Origin: Mytilus trossulus
Taxonomy: Eukaryota
Length of the DNA: 64,000 bases
Assembly: GCF_036588685.1 (NCBI RefSeq)
Contig: NC_086383.1
Location: 19,158,001 to 19,222,000 of the forward strand
Direction of reading: 5' to 3'
Shown: positions 29,301 through 41,300 of the stretch, piece by piece
Position numbering within the stretch: position 1 is the stretch's first letter
Layout: each line of letters begins with the position of its first letter
The notes under the pieces: generated by a model
What the model was told of the DNA's origin: nothing
Seen by the model: only the letters and a program-made list of their open reading frames with translations
Database searches by the model: none
Translations under genes and position numbers: made by a program

Positions 29301-32300
29301 TAAATTGAGAATTGAAATGGGATATATGTCAAAGAAATAACAACCTGACCAAAGAGCATTTAGTATCATATTATCATAAGCATATATTAACTTAAATATT
29401 AAAAATTACCTGACAAAGAAGTATTAAAACCTGCCCAAACCCATTGGAATGGAATTGGATCAGCTATTCTGGTAGAGCATTCTATGTCCCATGGACAATT
29501 CTTATCAAATTCACATATACTATACGGGAAAGGCTCTGTAAATAAAAAAAATAATAACATATAAAAACAAATTCATATACTGTTTATTGCATATATAAAC
29601 TGCAAATTTTTGTTTTCTTATTTTATATACATGATAGTTTGCATATATAAACCTAGAATTCATAAATTTTTGCAATGTAATATACTATGAATTTTGAGGA
29701 AAATGCAACACAATATATGTCATAAAATTCAAAACTCCCATTTTCATAAAACCGAATTTTGACTCTTGAATTTTTCATTTTTTAACAGGTTACTTATAGG
29801 CTGTACAGTGACCTATAGTTGTTAATTTCTGTGTCATTTTGGTCTATTGTAGAGAGTTGTCCCATTGGCAATCATACCACATCTTCTTTTTTTTTTTATA
29901 TATATATATATATATCAAATTTTAAGTTTTCATTCATTGATATCCTAATGTATCATAATTTGCTTACTTTTGAATCATGTTCATTTCATTAAATTATAGA
30001 GAGGAGAAGGTCACGGTAAGGCCCTAAAATGGCTCCTATTTCTTACTTAAATTTGGACTTACCGCATAGTTGGTTATTTTCAAGGGGTGTAAATTTTTCG
30101 CTAATTTCGCAGATAGAACAAAATCACCAAAATAAATTCTGTTAACTGCAAAGTGTACATGCAGAGGTATTGATAAAAGTTTATAATCCACCAAAATATT
30201 TCGTATAACTTATTTAATGAAAATAGTGAAATTTTACACCTACTAAAATAACCCGCTATACAGTATTGACCAATACCACAATGAATCATATATAGCATAT
30301 ACAATGACTATATAGGCAAGATGTCTTTTTGTGGAAAATTCTATTCACTATGTTAAAATTGCATGTAGCAATCTTTTTGATTTTCAATTATAGGTAAATC
30401 TCAATTTTTTACCTACCAGTACATTAAGGTGATACCTAACACTACAGGGAGATAACTCTGTAAAATCAGCTAAACGTTTTAATAACATTGTGTTGTAAAG
30501 GGAATAATAAGCTTCTCAATGATCAAAATTGGTGTTTGTCAAACTGCTATATAACCAGTGTAATTTTTCCGACAAAACGGTTGGTTAAAAATGTTTGAAA
30601 TTTTTATATTTTTGTTAAAGGGTCAAAGTAAATACTTTGTGAAAATTTTATCAAAACTAAACGAGCCAAATTAATTTTTGTGAAAGTGTTGGATACCACC
30701 TTAAATGTTAAAATCAATGCTTTCAAATAAAACTTTGACAAAAATACATTTTCTATTTAAAACTTATCACAAGTGTTTTTATCAACTTAAACATTCTTTA
30801 TCCTAAAACATCTAAAGAATCAAGCCAAATATATCCCTTACCAAACTTACAAATCTTTTTAAAATACATAGATATAAGAAGATGCGGTATGAATGCCTGG
30901 CATTAAAACACTCTCCATTTAAGTCACAATGTGTAAGAGTAAACCATTATAGGTCAAAGTACGGCCTTTTACAGAGTCTTGCCTCATATCTAATATGATT
31001 ATGCAAATGAGGCTTACTAAAAATAGATATGTTTATGGGAAAAATTAAGTGGTAAAATACTTTTATCTTATGTCAAGGATTAAGATGATATATGAGAATT
31101 GTCAAGTTCTGATTGTTGATGTGGACAATTTTCTGAATATTGCATGTTTTTTTGGAGGTTTTAACACAAAGCTTATATGTATGGGTTTGTGTTGCTTATT
31201 CTTTAGTTTTCTATGTTGAGTCATGTGTTCTATTGTTTGTCTGTTTGTCTTCTTTCGTTTTTAGCCAGGCGTTGTCAGTTTATTTTCTATTTATGAGTTT
31301 GATTGTCCCTCTGGTATCTTTCGTCCCTCTTTTATATATCTTTAGACAAGTAAAATTTCAATAAATAAAGTACATAACATCAATTAAATGTACTCACTTG
31401 GACATATCTCTTGCTCTTGAACTTTGATCTCATAAACATAAGCCTTTATATATGTATAACTTCCAGAAGGAAGAGGAGAAGTAAGTTTTCCTGTTATAAC
31501 CAAGTTACCATTTACTAATGATGGTAAATCATAACAAGCACTTGTATCTCCAGGTTCGGCATATCCAAGGTCGTAGGTCATATCCGCTGTCTTAAGTTGG
31601 ACATGTAACTGTACAGCCGGATGAAAAATTGTCAAATTTAGGAATACACTTCCACTAGATGGCGTTGTGAACATGTTGGATATTAATTCTGATGATACAC
31701 CTCCATATATATTAGAATATAAGGCAAAACCTGTGAAATAAACAGATAATTGATTTCTCTATCATTGAGTAACTTGCAAATCTGAAACAAACTTTGAGGA
31801 AAAGTTTGAGGCACGCAACAGGGTACTTTCATGACGAATAATAGTCAAAAATCTTGCGAAAAGACATTAATGGTAACTTTTTGTGCACTCTTTATACCAG
31901 CATATGTGACAATAAAACAATCAACTGATTTTAACAAATCACATTAATTATTTTCCTAAAATGACAGTAACGGTCAATTATTTAAGACATTGAGCTCTGA
32001 CAAATCACAATAAGAAACAGAAAACCCCACATACCATAACTATGTTGCGACCATCCATTGCCGTAATTGTTGACTGTGTAGGAACAGGTTCTCTGATTGT
32101 AAATACCAAACTTGCAATCTATTGCACTACTCTGAACAGCATCAACTAAAACAGAAAATTAAAAATAATATCTATTTTACTTAATAAAAAAGCTTAAGGA
32201 TATGGGTATAATTCATGACACAAAAAAAGGGCATACACACCATTGTGTTAAAAAAAAAAAAAAAAAAAAAAGACAGTGCTTTTATTGCTTAAATCCATCG

Positions 32301-35300
32301 CAGTCGTGGTGAAGTCTTCAAAATAGGGCTTAAACTCTTGTACCTTTATAGATTTAAGATAATCCCTAGCATCGGTTTATTTGCCTGTTTTTTATCTGTC
32401 ATGTATTTCTATTACTAAATGTTTGTGTCATCATTCAATGGCAATGGTAAAAAGTTATTTACAGGATATTTTTTTTGTAGGGTTTGATTGTAATTGTTTC
32501 TGTGCATTAAGGTAGTACCTAACACTATATGGAGATAACTCTGTAAAGTCAGCTTAACGTTTTAATTACATTGTGTTGTAAAAGGAATATTAAGCTTCTC
32601 AATGATCATATATAACCAGTGCACTTTTTCTGACAAAACGGTTGGTTCAAATTTTTTAAAATTTTTGTTAAATTTACTTTGACAAAATTTTATGAAAATT
32701 AAATGAGCCAAATTAATTTTAGTAAAAGTATTGGTAACCACCTTAAATGGATTATTCAAAGGTGTGTGCAAATATGGAAATGAACAGAAACAAATAAGCT
32801 TAGTTTTAATTTATCATTCATTGTGAAATGAACATTATTTTTCTGTAAGTTTTCATTACAATGAGATACTGTAAAACAACTAATTTCGTGAAAAAAAAAA
32901 AGATCCCAAATATAAATTGCAGCAAATATGTTAATCTTGGATCTTTCCTAACTAACTACATCAAATATATTTCATAATAGCAAAATGCCAAAATCAAATC
33001 TCCATTGAGTAAAGTAGAAAGGGCTATTTTTAAAAGTGAAATGAAGTACATGTATCTGCAAACATAAATAGGATTACAGTTAGGTCAAATAAAAACTATG
33101 TGTGGTTCAAGTGACCTTACCTACCCTACTTTTTAGTCTTAATAATAGCCTATCCTAAAGATTTTTTGGTCATTTTTCATTAAGCACAGTTAAAGTGAAA
33201 TATATTTGTCATTTTGTGATTAGAAGCTTAAATAAATGATAAAATTGTAAAATTAAATACCAGAAGATAGCTTTTAGAAAATCAAAAAGGGTCACCATGC
33301 ATTTTTTCTGCCTAAAATACATTTAAGCAAAATTCCATGTAGATTCCTTCAGAAAATGCACTATTTTAGTGTTATCTCCCCTTAAAATGCAAATTTAAAA
33401 ACATTAAAAATCAAGCAACAATAACCTATTCTTGTAAAAATATTAATATTTATAAGTTATAATCCTAATAATTTGTTCTTTTAAATGCAAATTCACATAA
33501 GTTATCTGCATTCCTGCATCAAATTTTGCTAATTTGATTGAAAATCTGGCCCTTAGATTCTCTGTTTTTTACTATCCAAGATGGCGAAAGATACCCATAC
33601 TACCTTAATTGTGGGTCTCTTTGGGTTTAAGCGTGACAAAGGATTGCCGATTTTTTTGTAAGCGTGACACGTGAAAGTCATATATTTTTGTCGTGAAAAT
33701 GGGAAATGAGGTCTAGCAGGACCCAGGTAATGACGAAAAAATGAGAATTGCTTACTTATTTAGTGTAAGTGGGATACAGGAATTTGACAAAACAGTAAGC
33801 GGGATCCGGGATCGTAACCCCCCAATGAGACCCCCTTAATTCATAGACTTACCACATCTTACTAAAGTTACAGAGTAAGTAGTAGTTGAGTAAATGGAAC
33901 AATCAGACAGATGTTTACTGGAAGATACACAATGTACCTGCTGTTTAGGAAGATCGTATTCACTAAAGCTTCCTGCTGCTGATCCAGTCCTGAAAATAGA
34001 AAATTAACAAGTTGAAATTGATTGTAAAAGAGGGGGGAAAGATACCAGAAGGACAATCAATTTTGTAGATCAAAAATAAACTGACAACACCATGGTTTAA
34101 AAATAAAAAGAATCAAAGCCTGAAAGGCTGTAAAAGCAATTGCTGCCATGTTTATGTTTTGGGGACTTTTTTTCATCCACATATATTTAAGAATTAAACA
34201 TGACAGGAGTGTTGTCTAGTGAGAATTAAGAAGGTTTTAACTTTATATCAATTAAAGACTTTAGCAGAAAGTCATTTTTAATATGTTTTATATTTCACAA
34301 GGAGACAACACGTTTACCAGGCTAAAGTTGGGGTCAAATATACATGTGCTGAAACATATAAACTCCAAGAGAAATTATTATGGATTATCCCCTAGTAGTG
34401 TTTGTAACTGGGCAATAATTTCCTTTATTGATGAAATTTTCATAATTAATTTAAATTTAACACTTCAGTTAAAACATTTCAACTTTCCAGACGCAAATGT
34501 TGAAAAACGGGAAAGAAACAAAATATTTTACAAGAGATAAACATGTAAAAATTAAATATATATTTCAGCTGACTAAAAATATTTTCATAATGTTACTTTG
34601 TCATCATTTCTTAAAAACTAAGTCCCAAACATTATTGCTCAGTTGATATGTGTCATCCTCATGCAGTACGAGATAACTATAATTCTCATGCAATCCCGAA
34701 AAGAGGGGCCATCACAGACAAACATGACATTAAATCGTCATTATACGAACAAGAACAAACAGCTCTAAGTTGCTTTGATATTTATCCAATTTCCAGGAAA
34801 CATTGTGAAAATGATCTTCAATATTTCGCAAACATGTGAAATAAAATTGCAAACACGGTGTACCGTCGAGGGTCAACAAACGTAGTAGACTCGTCCATTG
34901 GAAAGACGAGGATAATGGTTTCATCATTTGTCATGCATACCCAGTTTTGAATATGATATCCAAAAAGGATGTACTTTTTTTAATCTATGAAACTAGAAAA
35001 TTCCAAATTGTAAATATCTCTTCATCTGGACTTGTAAGGTGATCGATAAATCTTACGGAGTTGACAAAAAAGGAAAACAAACTTATTGTTATGTGTTTCA
35101 ACAAGGGTTTCGTTCCTCCAAATTATTTGCGCAAACAAATCAACAAAATAGGTCAGTTAACTTTGTCTATTTTTAGATTACAGGTAATCATTTGACACTA
35201 CGTATAACCTGATAACCTGTGTAGTGATTTTGATTTTACGATAAATTTATGAATGAAAGACAATTTTATGAATGAACAAGAGCACCTGACCTCTTTCTTA

Positions 35301-38300
35301 AAAAAACAGCAATTAAACATATAAAACCGTATATTATAAAAGATAATTCAGTCCAATTTTCAATACTAAATCAACAACTGAAATGATTCCATATTTTGTT
35401 GAAACATCGTACGAACGGAAAACGGAATCGCAGGTATAAAAATGCATTTTTTCACTCGGACGTCTATGTTTTTTTGATAGTCAAACGGTTGTCCCCCTAA
35501 ATACAAAAATACATCTACAAGAACGTATGCTGAACTTTCTTAAATCCACTAACGTTTTTCAAAAGTTTCAAGCTATGTATTGCATTAGAAAACATACATA
35601 GGTGTTTAACAATGACAGACCAGGAGCCTGTTTAACGAAATACTATGGCTTGATCTGGGCGGAGTCTCTGATCTGGGTCACAAAGATGGCCATACGCGAC
35701 GGCATGAAAGCAATTGCTTTAAAAACAGACAAATAATAGAACACAACACACAACATAGAAACTAAAGACTAAACACGAACTCCACACAAAACTGGGGGTG
35801 ATCTCAGGTACTCTGGAAGGGTAAGCAGATCCTGCTCCACATGTGGCATCGTCGCAATACATGAGACAATAATCCATCAAGAGTACAAATGACATGGATG
35901 TATGCAACTAGAGGTCACAATACTGCCTTCAATAGTAAGCAAGACCCAGGCGCTATAGAAAGCTATAAAAGGCTTCCAGGTGCTGGATTTGCACGCTGCA
36001 TTGAAGACTGATTGGTGGCATTTGACTGTCATCTGCTCTTTGGTAAGCTTGTTGTCTCTTTGACACATTCCCAATTTCCATTCTCAATTTTATTGACACG
36101 AAAAATATTGAAACTATTCATATCATATAACCAATGGCCTGATTCATTTCTAAAGAGTCATCTCCTATTGGTCAATCTATTCAATTGATATAACCAATGG
36201 CCTGATTCATTTCTAAAGAGTCATCTCCTATTGGTCAATCTATTCTTCTGTCAGTTCTATTGTCCAATTGAATAAACACGATAATACCAACAGACTAGAG
36301 ATAATTATTGGACTTACGCATATCCTAGATACTGACATACTAGAGACGGACAGTATGCTGTATCATAACAATACACATAACCAAATTGGTTGTTGATAAC
36401 AATTTCCACGATCCCTTCAATGGCGGAAGTGATATTAGTTGTTGGTAGTACATCCATATGGGATATCTTGGCTATAAAATACAAACAAAATTAGAAGCAA
36501 TACATCATTTTAAATATATTTGTGCACATTCTTTAATTATAAATGAAGAATGACTGTGTTCATGGGACAATGTACACTGTAGATGATGCCCCTTGCGTGT
36601 AAAGTTAAAGGACACTGAGTGAGCTAGAGAACTGTAAAAGTGACACAACTCAAAGTTCAAAAGCTGTGATAATATTAGCATTGTGTATAAGTTTAATAAC
36701 ATTTGGTTGAGGCAAACTAAAGTTAGAGAACAGAAACTAATTTTTTGACTAACACATCTTAAATCTTAGATGGTAACATGTCATTGGGCATCACATTTTA
36801 TTGTACTTTCTAACACATACATATGTAATCTACAGAAACAGAAGATTGTAATCATATAAATATACAATTTATAGTCATAGTGTTTTCCCCAAGCATGCAT
36901 GTTGAGCATGGATAGACGCTTTGCCATTTTAAAATGACACTATGCCCTTTTTCACTTCTTAGGATGACGCCAGTGTCCCTTTAATGCCTTAATAGAAGTC
37001 TTTACAAAAATAAAATTTCAAAATTTTCATGCCCATCGGCAGTCAATACTTACTTGTTCCATATGGAGTAGTTCTAGGGGTTGTATTAGTGGAATAATTG
37101 GTTGATAGGCAGTCAATACTTACTTGTTCCATATGGAGTAGTTCTAGGGGTTTTATTAGTGGAATAATTTGTTGATAGGCAGTCAATACTTACTTGTTCC
37201 ATATGGAGTAGTTCTAGGGGTTGTATTAGTGGAATAATTTGTTGATAGGCAGTCAATACTTACTTGTTCCATATGGAGTAGTTCTAGGGGTTGTATTAGT
37301 GGAATAATTTGTTGATAGGCTGTCAATACTTACTTGTTCCATATGGAGTAGTTCTAGGGGTTGTATTAGTGGAATAATTTGTTGATAGGCAGTCAATACT
37401 TACTTGTTCCATATGGAGTAGTTCTAGGGGTTGTATTAGTGGAATAATTTGTTGATAGGCAGTCAATACTTACTTGTTCCATATGGAGTAGTTCTAGGGG
37501 TTGTATTAGTGGAATAATTTGTTGATAGGCAGTCAATACTTACTTGTTCCATATGGAGTAGTTCTAGGGGTTGTATTAGTGGAATAATTTGTTGATAGGC
37601 AGTCAATACTTACTTGTTCCATATGGAGTAGTTCTAGGGGTTGTATTAGTGGAATAATTTGTTGATAGGCAGTCAATACTTACTTGTTCCATATGGAGTA
37701 GTTTTAGGGGTTGTATAAGTGGAATAATCTGTTGATAGGCAGTCAATACTTACTTGTTCCATATGGAGTATTTCTAGGGGTGGTATTAGTGGAATAATTT
37801 GTTGATAGACAGTCAATACTTACTTGTTCCATATGGAGTAGTTCTAGGGGTTGTATTAGTGGAATAATTTGTTGATAGGCAGTCAATACTTACTTGTTCC
37901 ATATGGAGTAGTTCTAGGGGTGGTATTAGTGGAATAATTTGTTGATAGGCAGTCAATACTTACTTGTTCCATATGGAGTAGTTCTAGGGGTTGTATTAGT
38001 GGAATAATTTGTTGATAGGCAGTCAATACTTACTTGTTCCATATGGAGTAGTTCTAGGGGTTGTATTAGTGGAATAATTTGTTGATAGGCAGTCAATACT
38101 TACTTGTTCCATATGGAGTAGTTCTAGGGGTTGTATTAGTGGAATAATTTGTTGATAGGCAGTCAATACTTACTTGTTCCATATGGAGTAGTTCTAGGGG
38201 TTTTATTAGTGGAATAATTTGTTGATAGGCAGTCAATACTTACTTGTTCCATATGGAGTAGTTCTAGGGGTTGTATTAGTGGAATAATTTGTTGATAGGC

Positions 38301-41300
38301 AGTCAATACTTACTTGTTCCATATGGAGTAGTTCTAGGGGTTGTATTAGTGGAATAATTTGTTGATAGGCTGTCAATACTTACTTGTTCCATATGGAGTA
38401 GTTCTAGGGGTTGTATTAGTGGAATAATTTGTTGATAGGCAGTCAATACTTACTTGTTCCATATGGAGTAGTTCTAGGGGTTGTATTAGTGGAATAATTT
38501 GTTGATAGGCTGTCAATACTTACTTGTTCCATATGGAGTAGTTCTAGGGGTTGTATTAGTGGAATAATTTGTTGATAGGCAGTCAATACTTACTTGTTCC
38601 ATATGGAGTAGTTCTAGGGGTTGTATTAGTGGAATAATTTGTTGATAGGCAGTCAATACTTACTTGTTCCATATGGAGTAGTTCTAGGGGTTGTATTAGT
38701 GGAATAATTTGTTGATAGGCAGTCAATACTTACTTGTTCCATATGGAGTAGTTCTAGGGGTTGTATTAGTGGAATAATTTGTTGATAGGCAGTCAATACT
38801 TACTTGTTCCATATGGAGTAGTTTTAGGGGTTGTATAAGTGGAATAATCTGTTGATAGGCAGTCAATACTTACTTGTTCCATATGGAGTAGTTCTAGGGG
38901 TGGTATTAGTGGAATAATTTGTTGATAGACAGTCAATACTTACTTGTTCCATATGGAGTAGTTCTAGGGGTTGTATTAGTGGAATAATTTGTTGATAGGC
39001 AGTCAATACTTACTTGTTCCATATGGAGTAGTTCTAGGGGTTGTATTAGTGGAATAATTTGTTGATAGGCAGTCAATACTTACTTGTTCCATATGGAGTA
39101 GTTCTAGGGGTTGTATTAGTGGAATAATTTGTTGATAGGCAGTCAATACTTACTTGTTCCATATGGAGTAGTTCTAGGGGTTGTATTAGTGGAATAATTT
39201 GTTGATAGGCTGTCAATACTTACTTGTTCCATATGGAGTAGTTCTAGGGGTTGTATTAGTGGAATAATTTGTTGATAGGCAGTCAATACTTACTTGTTCC
39301 ATATGGAGTAGTTCTAGGGGTTGTATTAGTGGAATAATTTGTTGATAGGCAGTCAATACTTACTTGTTCCATATGGAGTAGTTCTAGGGGTTGTATTAGT
39401 GGAATAATTTGTTGATAGGCAGTCAATACTTACTTGTTCCATATGGAGTAGTTCTAGGGGTTGTATTAGTGGAATAATCTGTTGATAGGCAGTCAATACT
39501 TACTTGTTCCATATGGAGTAGTTTTAGGGGTTGTATAAGTGGAATAATCTGTTGATAGGCAGTCAATACTTACTTGTTCCATATGGAGTAGTTCTAGGGG
39601 TGGTATTAGTGGAATAATTTGTTGATAGGCAGTCAATACTTACTTGTTCCATATGGAGTAGTTCTAGGGGTTGTATTAGTGGAATAATTTGTTGATAGGC
39701 AGTCAATACTTACTTGTTCCATATGGAGTAGTTCTAGGGGTTGTATTAGTGGAATAATTTGTTGATAGGCAGTCAATACTTACTTGTTCCATATGGAGTA
39801 GTTCTAGGGGTTGTATTAGTGGAATAATTTGTTGATAGGCAGTCAATACTTACTTGTTCCATATGGAGTAGTTCTAGGGGTTGTATTAGTGGAATAATTT
39901 GTTGATAGGCAGTCAATACTTACTTGTTCCATATGGAGTAGTTCTAGGGGTTGTATTAGTGGAATAATTTGTTGATAGGCAGTCAATACTTACTTGTTCC
40001 ATATGGAGTAGTTCTAGGGGTTGTATTAGTGGAATAATTTGTTGATAGGCAGTCAATACTTACTTGTTCCATATGGAGTAGTTCTAGGGGTTGTATTAGT
40101 GGAATAATTTGTTGATAGGCAGTCAATACTTACTTGTTCCATATGGAGTAGTTCTAGGGGTTGTATTAGTGGAATAATTTGTTGATAGGCAGTCAATACT
40201 TACTTGTTCCATATGGAGTAGTTCTAGGGGTTGTATTAGTGGAATAATTTGTTGATAGGCAGTCAATACTTACTTGTTCCATATGGAGTAGTTCTAGGGG
40301 TTGTATTAGTGGAATAATTTGTTGATAGGCAGTCAATACTTACTTGTTCCATATGGAGTAGTTCTAGGGGTTGTATTAGTGGAATAATTTGTTGATAGGC
40401 AGTCAATACTTACTTGTTCCATATGGAGTAGTTCTAGGGGTTGTATTAGTGGAATAATTTGTTGATAGGCAGTCAATACTTACTTGTTCCATATGGAGTA
40501 GTTCTAGGGGTTGTATTAGTGGAATAATTTGTTGATAGGCAGTCAATACTTACTTGTTCCATATGGAGTAGTTCTAGGGGTTGTATTAGTGGAATAATTT
40601 GTTGATAGGCAGTCAATACTTACTTGTTCCATATGGAGTAGTTCTAGGGGTTGTATTAGTGGAATAATTTGTTGATAGGCAGTCAATACTTACTTGTTCC
40701 ATATGGAGTAGTTTTAGGGGTTGTATAAGTGGAATAATCTGTTGATAGGCAGTCAATACTTACTTGTTCCATATGGAGTAGTTCTAGGGGTGGTATTAGT
40801 GGAATAATTTGTTGTAAACAGTCAATACTTACTTGTTCCATATGGAGTAGTTCTAGGGGTTGTATTAGTGGAATTATTTGTTGATAGGCAGTCAATACTT
40901 ACTTGTTCCATATGGAGTAGTTCTAGGGGTTGTATTAGTGGAATAATTTGTTGATAGGCAGTCAATACTTACTTGTTCCATATGGAGTAGTTCTAGGGGT
41001 TGTATTAGTGGAATAATTTGTTGATAGGCAGTCAATACTTACTTGTTCCATATGGAGTAGTTCTAGGGGTTGTATTAGTGGAATAATTTGTTGATAGGCA
41101 GTCAATACTTACTTGTTCCATATGGAGTAGTTCTAGGGGTTGTATTAGTGGAATAATTTGTTGATAGGCAGTCAATACTTACTTGTTCCATATGGAGTAG
41201 TTCTAGGGGTTGTATTAGTGGAATAATTTGTTGATAGGCAGTCAATACTTACTTGTTCCATATGGAGTAGTTCTAGGGGTTGTATTAGTGGAATAATTTG

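Noticed and set aside
36126-36245. Paired CCAAT/ATTGG boxes as an internal promoter
   Set aside because: Explained by a two-copy duplication. There is no TSS, CpG or first-exon evidence.
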